A stretch of 64,000 nucleotides of DNA, from assembly GCA_036172245.1 (NCBI GenBank), contig JAYWIR010000013.1:2852001-2916000 (forward strand). Reading direction: 5' to 3'. A program made the translations under genes and the position numbers. Below are positions 47,887 through 62,183 of this stretch, one piece after another (position 1 is the stretch's first letter; every line of letters starts with the position of its first letter). The stretch comes from Raillietiella orientalis. Its lineage: Eukaryota. The notes beneath the pieces are model-generated. The model was not told the DNA's origin. It saw nothing but the letters and a program-made list of their open reading frames with translations, and did not search any database.

Positions 47887-50800
47887 TTCACATCTTCACG
47901 TCTTTTACATACATTCTTTCTGAAACATATGAAACGGTTGCATGTCATTTTGGATTGGAAAAAATTGTTGTATATTTCATTTGGATGAATTTGTTAAAGT
48001 ACTAATGAAAATTATCTCCAGAAAAGCATCGAGCTAACTTTCTTTTACAAAAGGTCCAGTTTATGAGATTCTAGAAGACTTTCTACGAGAGTCGTTCCAA
48101 GTTGAAGATAAGTTTGGATAATTAAAATCTGATTATGTATTTCAGAATAGCAATTTTGCCTACAAGTCTTTAGATTTTCAGGACATTTACTTCTTTCAAT
48201 GGAAACATTTAAGGAATGCACATTTCTCAAATTCAGAAGTGTTAATGTGATAGCAGAATTCATTTAATTAATTTGGAATTTTGACTTCAGAGACAGAAAT
48301 AATCAATTTTTTTTTAAACGGACTTCTCTCAAACCTATTAATGATGGGCAAACAATTAATCGCTTCACAAACATTTGGGGGAGATAAGTAGGCATTGGCA
48401 AAATGATACAGGATAGAAATCGAGTACATTCGAATTTCGTTGAGACAAGTACAACGAGTGACCAAACGTATAAGCAATGTAAACGTTTACACTGTGTCTT
48501 TTAAAAAATGATACTGAGATTTCTTGCTAAGGTAAATTGCCTTTCCTTAAAATTTACTTTTTGGTTTTCATTATGGTTCATGTATTCTCAAGTTGAAAAA
48601 AAGCAATAGTGTCGATACGCGGTTAGCCAGAATTTTTACAAATGCTGCTGTATCCGAAATATTTCGAATATTTCGTTGATTTAAGAAGACAACAAGGAAG
48701 GATTTTGATTTCTTCTTATGGGTTAGAATATGCTTCTATTATTTTGAAACGTCCTGTTTTTATCATCCCCGAAATGCTGTTTTAGTGAGCTAATACGATC
48801 GCGCTGATTTCATTGCAATAGTTGCGTTTAGGAAAAGGGACCAAAGGCAAAGATTAAGTATGCTTGCATTAAGAATTTATCGTAATATTTGAAAAGCCGA
48901 GTCACAGGTCTGCCGTTTTGCTTCTGACCTTTAACAAGAATCGGTATCATTACACTTATTTGGAAATGTTCCATGACTTGGCACGTTGGAAAGCATCAAC
49001 ATTAAGTACTACTACACAGACTTCACACAATTGTTTAACACCCTCAAGGTGTGTGCAGAATTAAGAATTAATGATACAATACAGAGAATGAAAGGAAAAC
49101 TATTGTCAAATTCATGATAGTTATGTTGTTTATAAAGCCCTATGAATACTGTCCTTTTTAAAAAGGAAACTCAGGTTTGATCTGGCAGCAGTTCATAAAC
49201 GTGTTTATCTGTTTTCCATTAATCCATTGGATTTTCTTTTCCATAAATAGGAAAAATGTTTCGGTTGCAATATGCATTTTTAACTATCATCAAATAACAA
49301 TTTGGTGTGGTTACTGGGAAAATAGTCTATGTAAAAGCAAAACGATTGAAACTATGCATTGCATGCCTGAGAATCTTTGAAAATTGAAGCTGCACTCTCA
49401 CAGTTATTAGTGGAAGTGTTTAATTTTTTGTTACTTTATTGCAAACATGTTCTTGGTTAAATATTTGATGAGTAGTAGCTACCAAACAGAAAAGTAGGGA
49501 ATTGTTACGCTTAAGAAAAAAAAAAGAAAAAAACTGTAGAAGCTTGTAGAAGCAAAATGAAGTAGTTCTGCATTTGGAAAAACATTCATGATTTTCATTT
49601 CATTTGTTAATAACCAAAGTGATTTTCAAAAATATCTAATAATTATAGTGAGTTCAGTGATTTAATTGAGAGTACATCCTCTCAGTAAGCTAAAATGAAA
49701 ATAGCAGTCTTTTGGTTTGAATCACTGATGAAAATATGTAATATTTGTGTATCTGCAGCCAAAATTTTTCAGTCACATGTGACAAATTGCCAAATAACCA
49801 GCTCCTGTGCATTAAAAAATGTTCATTATCGTTTTGAGTATGTTTGCTGTTTAATTAGGATGTCAAACAAAAGAAATCTGTTATTCAAGAATTTATAAAG
49901 TATTGGAGTAACCATGTGCACTGGGCAATTGGTGCTGTGAAGGAGAAAGAAATAAAAAGCAGTTTTTGAAATGTAATCTCTGAAATTGTCACTTACCAGA
50001 CAAAATCTTTTCATTTGTAATGATTTCAATTACAACTTTGTTGTTTTGAAATGTTGCAAATAAAAAGATTTGGAGCAGTTCACATGTGAGAATAATGAGA
50101 AGTGAGTCCAAAGAAGAATGAAATGGCAAGGATGCATAATTTTATATTCAAAATAGTACCTGTAATGCAAGAAAGCCTAAACATGAGCGATGGGACAATA
50201 ATAAAATCAAATTTCGAATCATTTTTTGTGTGTTTTAAACAGATGTTGCATTAAGTAGGATTTGAAATTCAGATTGCAAGGAATACACTTGTTAAGCCAA
50301 GCAGAGAAGCAAGGGTACAATATTGCATCTGACCATGTTTGTATTGTCATTATTAGATCACATCAGTGATTTATGAATCAAAAAGCAGTATAAAGAACCT
50401 TTGAAATTGCACATGTTTTATGCATTCATAGTTGATCTGATATTTATTCAGAATTATTATCTCAAGGCTGGATTCTTTTGGCATATTTTCCAAGAACCAG
50501 AGGAGAGAAGGACTATCATTATGATACAATTTAAATTGTGTTACAATTTTAATGCACAAAAGATGTTGCAATTTTGAATATTCAAAATTGCAACAAAACA
50601 ACAAACACTTTATTGAACTTGTAACAAGAATATTTGTTTATTTACAGTTAAGTATATTTGTTTGTTTCATGATCTTTTAAACCATTTCTTGTTGACACTC
50701 AAGCAAATGTTTCTTGGAAATAGTATTTCCCTGGCTGCTTTTCTTCAAGTAGATGAAACATTTCAAGATTCAAAAGAATTTTTAAAAAGCACATAATTTT

Positions 50801-52297
50801 CAAAACAGTGTGTTTATGTATTGGAAGAACTAAAATTTAGTTTAAGTGTCAATTATTGTTGGTTTGGATATCCAATTGTAATCCATCATTTATTCCTCTG
50901 ACTATTCATCTTCTTGATGATTCTCTCAGCAAAAATCAACATCTCGTTGGCTTTTGCTACTTTCAAGAGGAAGCAAGTGAAGCTAGAAACTTATTTGAAA
51001 TGAACTAATTGTTCTAATTGCCCTTTTATTGAATCAGACAAAGGAATCAAGTTAGTGTCATTGTTTTGGGGAGTGTTTGAAGAAGATTCTGCAAACAGTC
51101 GAAAACACATCACAATAAGAGCAGTTTTCAAGAAGTTCAAGTGTACAAAAATATATTCAGTCCTTAAAACACCCTTTAGAGACATCATGAAGTTTTCTTT
51201 TATGAGCATTCAGTGAGTGTGCATATTTGCAACAACAGGATGAGTGTAGAATACTTGAGTTGTTGAATAGAAGTATCGCATTGTCATCAATGTGCATACA
51301 GTTTTCACAGAGAAGCACAGGAGATTGCCAAGCTTTTCTTTAGAACACTATTTCAAATCACATTGCCTGAATTTGTGTCCTATTTTTTTGTTAGAAAAAA
51401 CTTAATATTTGTATTGGCATAGCAAACAAGAAAATTAAGTGGTTATGGCTGCAAAGAAACTGAGCACACATTATGCTTTCTTAATTAAATTTTACATAAT
51501 ACATTGTAGAGATGACTTTTGAAGAGCGTTAATTTCATGCTTCCATCATTTGAATATTCTCACCGCAATATAATTTAATTAACAGGTGAAACAATTTATT
51601 TTTTTCTTTTTCCATTTTTTTCAGGGTCCTTTACCTCATCAACATCTTTATTGGCCCTATGAGTTGACTACTTATGCAAGAGTAAGTTGAAGTCATTAGA
51701 ATGTTAGAATTATATTGCCAGTAATAAATTTTTTTCTGAATCCATTGAATGAGAATTTTGGTTTGTGGTTTATATTTGCTATTATAAGATCCTCGTCATT
51801 TTTATCCTTTTGTCCACACCTTCAACAGATTTAAGTATATGAATTTAGATGTTATTAAAATCAGTTTAATATCTAAAATTTTACATTTAGCTCAATAGCA
51901 AGATTCAGTGTTTTTATTCTCAAGAAATTTAACGTTTGAAATTTTTTTTGTTGTTCAGTTTTGAATCTGATTGAATGCAAAAGTTACATGGTTACTGTGA
52001 TTAGTAGGTATTCCAAAAATGATACTTAAAAATGTAATTCATTATTGTGGATAAAAATTTGAAAATTTCGGCAGTTCAACTACTGTTTAATCCCAGTTTT
52101 ATTGTTTTATGTTGTGTAAATATCAATTCTCAAGTGTTGAGATACCTCATAATAGACACCCAGTAGCCTCATACACTCGCAATTAAACCTTAAACGTAAA
52201 AATGTCTTGATTTTATTTTTAAATTATACATTTATAGAAACAATATAGTCTGGGCTAAAGTGCCATGAGTGCATTTTTATAAAAAATTTTTTACTAG

Positions 52298-55257
52298 AGA
52301 AATATTACATCAGTACCCAAAGAAAAGGCTACATGTACACTTATTCCAGGAGATGGAGTTGGACCAGAGCTTGTTCAATCAGTGTTGGATGTCTTTAAAG
52401 TAATATAACAGATTTTACTAATAATACATGTACATGTGTGTGTTTTTAATTATAGGCAGCTAATGTTCCAGTAAAATTTGAACGTTACTTCCTCAGTGAA
52501 GTTAATCCAGTTCTCTCAGTTCCTTTAGAACAAGTAGTATCTTCAATCAAAAGGAATAGAGTATGCCTTAAAGGAGCTTTGACAACCCCAGATTACAGCC
52601 TAACTGGAGAATTGGAAAGTCTTAATGTTAAATTGAGGTTTGTGAGTTCGAAAACTTTAACTTATGAGCATTTAAATTTAGGGCATTATTTTATATGTAA
52701 CCACATAGAAATGTTGCATTTTCAAAATAACTATTCTTTGGTCAGTCTTATTACGATGCATACTTTTTTTTAGAAAGCATAATTCAGAGAGAAGAATTAC
52801 AAATTTTCAGAGTTTATTATAACCATTTGAAAAATGTAATTATGAGGTTTGTGAACCTACAAAAGCATTTTTAAAATTCCTACATATAAAATGCAATCTT
52901 CTTGCCCAAACCCTAACTATTGCATTCACAAGGAAACAATTCCATGACATTCAAGTTCAAAATTTATGTATATTCATGTAAGCTAACAGAAAACCATTAA
53001 ATTGCTAAAAGTATTGTAATGTTATTTATATTAACTATTATTTTCATTTATATGCAAATTACAAATGTTTTATTTTGATCATCATTACTAAAATGATGTT
53101 AAGTATGCATTGTCAAGTGTAATTTGGCTTGCTATTTTATAAATGCATTGTAGGCATGCCTTGGATATGTATGCAAATGTAGTTCAAGTGAAGAGTTTGC
53201 ATGGTATAAAGACAAGACATACAGATGTCGATTTCGTTGTTATTAGGGAACAAACTGAGGGTGAATATTCTGGATTGGAACATGAAAGTGTCCAGGTGTA
53301 AAGTCTTATATCAAATAATTGCAGAATAAACTAACTCCCTAATTAATTATTTCTGGGTAAAAAAAATTAATCTTTTTTAAGCATTTTTAGTGCATATTTC
53401 TCACATTTTTAAAATCCTGTCGTGCTTTTCAAGTGCAACATTGCGATTTTATGAAATCAGAATTAATTTTGTGTTTTGTATTACCTGTTTATTTTGTGTT
53501 CTGTAAGATGATTATTCATAATGTCTGAAATGATTTGAGAAGTTTCCTTTTTCAGGGAGTTGTAGAATGCCTCAAAATTGTGACCAGGCAAAATTCCACT
53601 AGAATTGCCAAGTTTGCATTTGATTATGCTGTGAGGCACCATCGTAAAAAAGTCACTGCCATTCATAAAGCCAACATCATGAAACTGGGAGATGGTCTTT
53701 TCTTATCATGCTGTGAAGAAGTAAGAAATTCTCCATTTAAGGTTTTTTTTTTTCTTTTTAAGATTTTTATTTGCAGATTTCTACTTTATATCCTAGTGTA
53801 CAATTTGATAGCATGATTGTGGATAATGCATCTATGCAGTTAGTTTCTAATCCTAGTCAGTTTGATGTGTTAGTGATGCCTAATTTATATGGAAATATTT
53901 TGGATAATTTATCTGCTGGTTTAATTGGAGGAGCAGGAGTTTTGCCAGGAGCAAGCTACAGTGCTGATAATGTTATTTTTGAACCAGTAAGTGTACATTA
54001 AGAGACGACGATAATCGTTTGCTATATTTTGAATTGGTTTGGAGGTGTGCAGATACCAAATTCATGAATTGTATTGTTCAAGCATAGTTATTTTCATTTA
54101 TGCCTTCATTTGGATTCTTTAGTCTTAGATTTATGGCTTACTTATCTGAGAGTATTGATAAGTTTTATGTTTTTCACTTTGTAGTATTTAATAATAAATG
54201 CTAAGAGTATTCAAATAGAATTTAATCACCATTCCCAACTGAAAATGGTGTTTCATGTGCTTTGGAATAAGAGATTTCACATTTCCGAATATATTCCTTT
54301 TTAGACATCTCATTTCATCATTTTGTTAGATAGTACACAGTTCAAGTATGCTTGGAGATTATGTGTGTAACACACATCCAAATTAAACTGCACTATATTT
54401 GCAAGTTTGCTGAGAAATCTGAACATCTAGATTTAGCCCATAATTGCTATCTTGCCTTTAACTGTTTTTAAAGTTATATCCGAATCCAGAATCCATGTTG
54501 GACGGTAGATTAATTAGGATTATTAATTCCAAAAAGATTCCGAGTGCCTAATTTCTAAACATGAATAATTTGTTGCAAAGTCGAAACTGGAAAAGTTTGA
54601 AATCATGTAGAAAAGTTTCAGTGCTGCATTCGTTATGACACTGTAATGCAGTTGCTGAAACACTTTTCCGTATTTCGTTTCTATAATAAACACTTTCCTA
54701 GAATATCTGGACACTCAACGTATCAGTAATTTCCGATGAATTGTATGTAAACATTATACGATGTACACAAAAGAAGAGATGCCTTTTATAATTGCAACTT
54801 TTACATAGCATTGGTAGTTGGTCCAAGTCAAACTTGCTCTTCATTTTCTTTTCTTTTTCTTTCCTTTTTTTTTTTTTTTTTTTTTTTTTTTCCCTTTTTT
54901 CTGTGAATGTTTAGCATGTAATCCTTTAAGCATTTGGAATGAAATTTCCAATACATAATAATTTTATCTATTCGTTTACTTCAGGGAGCCAAACATACTT
55001 ACTCCAAAGTAGTGGGCAAAAATGTTGCAAATCCTACAGCTATGTTACTGTGTGCAGTGAATATGCTCTTTCATATGAATTTAACTCAATATGGAAATAA
55101 AATCAGACGTGCTATTTATAAAGTCATAAAGGATAGAAAAGTGAGTGGATTTCATTAATATTCAGTATTTAAGTGCTTTATCCAGGAACTTACCAGAGAT
55201 GTTGGAGGTCACTCTACAACCTTGCAGTTCACAAATGCTGTGATGCGTAACCTGTGA
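52298..55257 (+). CDS. IDH3B: Mitochondrial NAD-dependent isocitrate dehydrogenase subunit beta (N-terminal transit-peptide exons unresolved)
   Basis: Exons 52298-52399, 52456-52637, 53154-53295, 53556-53720, 53777-53986, 54985-55140 and 55186-55257, all GT-AG with consistent phases. Translation: [91 protein letters not shown]. The SEVNP/TPDYS/EQTEGEY/VECLK pattern fits the beta subunit. Confidence 0.95.
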
Positions 55258-56899
55258 CTTATTGATGATACTCTAAACAATTAGTGGGTAATCCCATAAT
55301 CCTTCTAATGCATTACAACAAACTTGATTGCTATTATTGCCAATAGAATACATTAAATTATTCCTTTGCTATCATGCAGAATTTGATTCATTTAATGAAT
55401 GCCATATTCAATTTAATAAAAGAAATTTCACACCATTTGATGGCATTTTTGCTGTTACCTCATGGATAGACTTTCGAACCACATAAGCTGATAGCTAATC
55501 TCTGTAGCTTGGAGACATCCTTTATTATCATCCTGAGGCAATTCCCCCCCCCCTCCCCCATTCTTTCAGCTACAAAGCAACAGGCTTCAACAGCCAAAAT
55601 CCATAGACCCTATTCAGGTAGAGAATGAAAGGAATTCTTGCCTACCTCATCTTTCATTGGTTGTAGGGATTAAGCAATTATTATGCTACTTCAAGCCTAA
55701 TTCCAAATAATGCAGTTTACATAAAAGTGTCTGTAAATAATTTTCTCATAGGTGTTGTAGGCATGTCCCTTTGTTTTTCATATTCTCATTCCCTTTCTGT
55801 TTGGATTGTTGGATTCAAAGCCTCCAGAAATGAAGTGTCACAGGACTATGATACTTGGGAAATCAGGAGATCCCTAGCCCATTGCGATCTCAGAGCTTTA
55901 AAATATACACTAAGTTTCATTCAAGAATACTAACTGCTCCGCGTTTCGGTCATTCTATAGAGGTACATGCCTCCTCACTCCCAGGTTTTCTCATTCCCGG
56001 TTATTTATGTCCTCGTTGACTATTTGTTAAATAGTACCGACATGTTAGATAATTGCTAAAGTAAATGCATCTCGTATTCCACTTGCAGTCTGCTGCTTTC
56101 ATAGCTTAGGGTTTCGTTGATTCGTGCAGACGTATATGACCCTGTGAAGATCTTTTTATTATTTTCAAAGACAAACAAACAATTGCCAAATGTCATTTAT
56201 TGTCAGTTTTTCAATGCAAGTAAACAGCAACAATACCTCTCTTACCGCTAAATAAATTCCCCCACTCCCTCAAATTCTTTGATTATGAGCATTATGAAAT
56301 CGAAAGTGCCTTCGTATTTTGTATTTCGTCTTCTAACAAGTCGTAGTTGGCTTCATATTTTAACTTCTGATAATATAACATTCTAGAATACCCAACTTTT
56401 TTTCTGTGGCCATTGTATTGCTCTATACCATGTTATAACGAGATTTACAAGACGGTAAGTAATATTATCCAATTTTGTCTTTCATTTGTCTTACTGATGG
56501 CTATCGCTAGATCTGCATTAGGTGGGCACGATTCTACATTCCTGATAAAGGAGGCGTGAGGAACATGTTGCATGCCATTGATTCCCAGCAACGAGTTCAC
56601 CGATGCTCAGAGTTGCTAGGAAAGAAAAATCCTCCTCCTTAACCCGAATCTTTCAGGCCGAAGGTGGGTTCTCCGTTTATCCAGCCGAGGGGGTACGTGT
56701 TTGCACAACTTGTTCCAGAAAAGGAGCAGAACTACAGCATCCCGTTGCATCAGCATCCCGAATCACCTGTCTGCGTGCTGATTTCGATAACGGGCGAGCG
56801 TGCGCCACGCAGTTCACGGCCGGTTGACCTCCCCGCTCGAGATTTATTGACGACGATGCAATCGCCGGTTGCTCCTTTCGGTGGTGGTCACCCAAGTAA

Positions 56900-58155
56900 C
56901 CCACAACTACTTGGATACGGGCAGAGCACGCCACATGGCGAATTGTTATTCCCAACGTGCGACATATTCGTCGCACCCTAAAGAGAAAACGAGCGGTTTC
57001 CTAAAGTGAAAATGTGGGGCACCACACAAAAGCAAAATTCGCAGCTCCTTTCTCGAGGCGATCGGTCCCTTCTCTGTCCTTCAGCACCGGTGCGAGGTCC
57101 ACCTCGCATCCAGCAAGTGCCAGCGGCAAGAGTAGCAATCTTGAGTTCATGCTCCCCCGTTCACTTGCCGAGGAAAAATGAGTGCTTATCTGCTGCCGAC
57201 CCCGGAAACCGGCGCAAGGCGCTCTTGCGAAACCTCGCCCCAGTGGAAGTTTCCCCTGCAAGTGGACCGAAATCGCCCTCGCGTCCGCATTTCCTCCAAA
57301 CCACTAACCCAAGTCTCGGTGATATGACTTTGACCTCAGCATCGGTTCATCCTTCAGCACCTCTTGGCGCGTTTTCTTCATCGGCTCGTGACACCCATTT
57401 GAGCCTTCACGCTCGTCGTTGGTGCCTCCACGAGAAAGTCCTTTTTGCAGAGCATTTTGCGAATTTTTCGGTTTTGCACACTTCAAACGTGGAGCACTTA
57501 ACACTCGAGCATCGGAAGGATTTCGAGAAGGGAAAATCCTTGGAAACGGGAAGCGGAAACGAATCGACAGCAAGATCGCGTACTATACTTTTATCTATTA
57601 CCGAAACGTAGAAATTGCTATTCCCTCAAAGCAGTTTCTTTGCTTTGAACTTCGAGCCGAACTGCTCAAGGCTAATCTAATCGAAGTTTTAGAGCATCAC
57701 GGTTTCCAGGAATGGCATGGTAACGTTTTCCATCTCTCTCAAAGTGTATTCGCAATGTTTACGTGCACCACTCTTTGCTTCCAAGTACGTCCCTCCACAT
57801 TGTGATTCTTTGCTGAGCCACGCGTTCATGCACGGTTGCTCACAGGAGGGTCATAGCTGTCCGATGATCGTTTCGTTGCTGACCCCCATCGGGGCCTCCT
57901 CCTCCTGTCCTGTGTTTTCTGGTGATCGGAGACCATCCACAGGCAAAACAAACCATTCCTCCAAAGCGTTCTGAACAGCAAATGCATCTCCACACTCTCG
58001 CATTCTTCTCGCCGTACAGTACGTTTTCCTGGGATCGTCGGCACTCGAGAGGTTTTCTTCAATCTTTTCAGATCCATGAGAAATTGGGTGTAGCGCCAGT
58101 TGCATTGGCGCCTGGTGCAACTGACCGCCATCCAGCTATAGACAGCGGTCACTAA
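56900..58155 (-). mobile_element. Decayed LINE ORF2 (RT C-terminal part to terminal Cys motif)
   Basis: GC-rich island in AT-rich DNA. On the minus strand, LSSADD (YADD-like, ~58040) is followed downstream by LKI..PRERSCEFC..FLF/CDEY (terminal R.C..C..HFL..C..Y-like). Many stops. Confidence 0.5.
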
Positions 58156-61009
58156 CGTAAAAAGTTGCCCTTCATATTTGCGTTCGCTGAGCCAAAACAG
58201 TCATTTACAGCCCATGCTGCTTGATTGCTCGCCTTGAGAAACGTTCACCGTTACATTTGTTCAGACTTCACTGCTTATCCTAAACAGATCTGCAAGTGCT
58301 GCGAATAAGCAAAAGGGCAGCTACACTCTACAAATTTTTTAGCTCTGAATTTTTCGTAATGAGTGCCTTACGGCCTAAAAGCACTGTGGAAGTTCCCATT
58401 GCAAATAATGAGATGCAAAAAAACTGAAGGCATTTGCATGGAATGCATCCTTTGTTGAGGAAGATTGCCCCCACCCCCTGTGTGGATTTGTAAAACGAAT
58501 TTCACCCGGTACATAAAGATTGCTCAAAATCTTAAAGTCTGATTAATCCTTTGCAAAAAAAATTCTTGTGGGAATACCATGTATCAAAACAACCGAGTAA
58601 TTATTATCGCTAACGTGCTGTGATAAGCATAGCAAAAATATACACACGTAGCGGTACTTTTTCCTTATTTTCTTTGTCTCCATTCTTACCTCTATATGCA
58701 CGAATTGATTAGATTCCTTGCCTTACATGGATTTTTATTTTCAAATAAGGTGGGTAAGAGCATCCAAGGGTTTGAATACTGTCCTTCAAAAAAGATAAAT
58801 GAGGCTCTTTGCTTTAGAATGAAGTTCATAAAAGATATAATGGAAGTTGACCATAAATGGAAAGAATCGGTTATCTGAATAGTGCGACAACAAGAGAGAC
58901 AGCAGAACTAAAGGAATGTCTCAGTGGAACAGTGCTGTTTAATAAAATTTGAATGCTGAATACAAGGCCAATGCTACATATAAGGGAATTCCCATTTAGC
59001 ATCTGTTCAAGTCACGTTTGGTTCGGTAATGCCGCTTCTCTTAAGTCATGGAAGAGTTGCTTCTCAATGAAATATGGAGTACGTAATTTCAAACACAATA
59101 TATTTGGATTTTCGAAAATTTGAATTTTCATCCCGATAAATGATCAACAATTTTCGGAGTTCAATCTTTGTTCTCTAAAGATGGTTGGAGTAGCCTTTTC
59201 CTCGATAACAGGCAGCAAACTTTTCGAGATTCCTTCGTTTACTAGGAAATGAGTATTTCCAAACTTAATGGTTATTTAATTTGTGGGGTGATATGATAGG
59301 ATTTTGACGCTGGAATTTATTTTTCATTCTCTAATTTTCAATTATTATTGGATTGTTCTCAGAGTCAGAAGTAGTGGTAAATACCATGGTTAGAGAGTAT
59401 CCTTAATTTCACAAGAAAATTCCCTTTACGAAAAAGTGAAGTAGAAAAAAGGAGGAGATTGTAGTTTTCTGCCAAATTTACATTCTAATGAATATCAGGA
59501 AAACTGTCATAAATCATTTGATTCAATTTTAAGTCCCAAAGAGTTTCAAAAATACCCCAAGCACTCAGAACACACTATTAGTGGTCACTGATAACAGGTT
59601 TTCCCCTTGCTAAAACAAAATCAAATTTAGGCTCTTCATAGATTCCCCATAAAGAGTCAGAATTTTAGCATTTAGATGAAATAATTGTAAATTAGTCCTT
59701 GAGTATTCGTTTCTACACTCCTGACTCATTGCTTTTTTTTGAACACAGTATGGAACGGAAGTCGTTTAAAATTATATGTATAATGGTATTAAAATGTGAA
59801 AGGAATTTGGCTTATACTCAATGGATGTAATAACAACGTGCCTACGTATTTCAATACATAAGTGATCAGAATGACATTTCAAACTTACGGCAGCAAATAA
59901 TCAATATTCGCTGTGATTCAGTAGTATTTAGAAACTAAAATAATGTGAACTGTTTAGCTGTTAAACGCTCTTGATTATAATTATTCACAAAAACCTAAGT
60001 GCTATGATGGAAGTAATTTAAATAATTAATTGCATAATTATATGTACTGTACAAGGTTTTCATTCTGTATAAAAGTAGAGTGTTTTGTTACCAGTACTTT
60101 CTTTTAAAGACATGCTTACTTTAGAATAATTCATTTGATTCTTTTAAATTTTATTAAAAGTTCATAACTATTTGATCAATAAAGGAAAATTTTAAAATAC
60201 TATTAAAACTTTATATTTGTAAATTTAACCGTTAACTTTTCTTGTTATTGAGTGAACGGACAGAATCAATATTTCTTAATGATTTGGCAACCTTGTTGTA
60301 TATTAGAAAATGCAATTGTGAATTAGCGTGTGCACTTTTCAGCTTGCAAACTTGAGTGATTTCCACCTAGCAAACTTTTGCTAGAAAAAAATTGGAAAAT
60401 TGGATTAGTTGGTGTTAGAATAATGTTATCTTGGAAAGATGAAGCCTGATAGTCAACATGCATATGAATCCTCATAAATGTTATTAACAATTAAAGTTTT
60501 ATTTCTATGTTAATTGAAATGAGATGTTTAGTTATTTTGGAAATACCATCAATAGAAACATTTGTCTTTCGTCATTTGGACCTCCGTTACATTGGAAAGT
60601 GTGCAGTGTTAAATTAGGTATAAAATTTTTTTTTCAAGTTTTTAGTTATACATTTTTATTTATAGTGTTACTTCAACAATTGGAATTGCAAAAGTACTTT
60701 CATTTTGTTGCAAAAAGATCGTGAAAATACGTTATTTGCTACTTTTCAATTATATCTTGTGGTGTAATTATAAAACTCTTCTTTTAAATTATTTGTGTTG
60801 GAATGAGCACTGTAGTTTTTTTGCTTCCAAATCCTCAAAGGAATAGTAAGAATGTGGTTTTAGCAACCCGCTTGTATGAAAGATTAAATTTATTTCAGGG
60901 AGGTTGTGATAACTTTAATGAGATTTTATGAAAACTGCAAAGTAATTGCAATGTTTTCTTTTTCTAAAGCTGGCGTTGCATTTTAATTACAGTTAATCTT
61001 ACGAAAAAC

Positions 61010-62183
61010 ATGTCATCTTTTTTCAGTAACAGAGGTTTCTTGTTAATTTTAGCAAATAGGAAACTTCATAGATCTCACCAGAATGTAGTGCGTAAGTTTT
61101 ATAAAGCCCTTTGTTCAATCGACAAATCTGCAAACCTATTCCAACTTGAAAAAATCAGACATAAGAACAATTGGAAAGTTACAATAAACATTTCTTGGCC
61201 AGAAGCATTGTCAACTGAAGCTATTGGATCATCCTATGCAGAAGCTGAAAGAAAAGCACTTGATAATGTGAAATTAATGCTCAACAACTTGGGCTTTTTG
61301 AAAGATGAAAAAATTGATTGGATATCAGTGTTGAATAAGTACTTGTATAACAGCGAGAATAATGCTTTAACTGAAGGTAAATTCATAAGTTATCGATAAT
61401 TTTCATTCTGATGAATGTATGTTTTTAAATCTAAATAATAGAATATAAAATTCTTTAAAGGAAAAACAGATTTGTTAGTATTGAAAGTTCTTGCAAAGAA
61501 CTAGTCTATCGCAGATAAATCTCATTGGTAATTGTTGTATATTTTGGTTTTCTTATATTATGTGGATTTATGTGACTAAATGAAAATTAACTATGATACC
61601 AAAACAACTCACTATTTCAGAATTGTTCTCCTGGAATCATTAATTTGTGCCTTCTTGTAGTGTATCATCTTGTTTCTTACAAAGTTATTATCACAATCTA
61701 TTTGATTTATAATATTATAGTAATTAGTTTCGGCATATTGAAATCATATTGTATTCACATATCTACAGTTTTGTTTTCATTAAAGCATTGGGTTCAGACT
61801 GTGATGATAGAGATTAGACTAGCATTCTTAGAGAAATGAAATTTTTAGGAACTTAAGTTTGGAAAATTTGTATAAATTCTTGTAGCCATATTTACCACGC
61901 AAAAATTATAATTTAGAAAGCTACATGGAATTTATATGAAACTTCATTTATTGTTTTTTTTTTTGTTTTTCTGTGTGATTTGTTGAATGTTTTATTATTT
62001 TCAGAATTTTCATCGATCCAACATAAAAATCCAAAGGGTAAAGTTTATCAGCTTTTTAGTGCATTCAATCCATCCAGTTTTTTCATAACTCAGTTTGAGC
62101 GTATAGATGGATCTCTCTGGAAACATTCTTGTACTCTGAAGTGGCCTCAAACCCATATTTTTTATGGATTCGATTGCAATAAA
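61010..62183 (+). CDS. DHX30: 5' exons of a DHX30-like RNA helicase (two dsRBD-like domains; gene presumably continues beyond the resolved exons)
   Basis: Exon 61010-61376 (basic mitochondrial-type N-terminus, then WKVTINISWPE..AIGSSYAEAERKA..LNNLG) splices in phase 1 to exon 62005-62183 (NPKGKVYQ..CTLKWPQTHIFYG..K). Tandem 'WP'-containing dsRBD-like folds are characteristic of the DHX30 N-terminus. The helicase core is not seen in the window. Confidence 0.55.

Noticed and set aside
51860..51874. 15-nt match ATCAGTTTAATATCT to U2 snRNA
   Set aside because: Flanks do not match U2; a short AT-rich match is probably chance.
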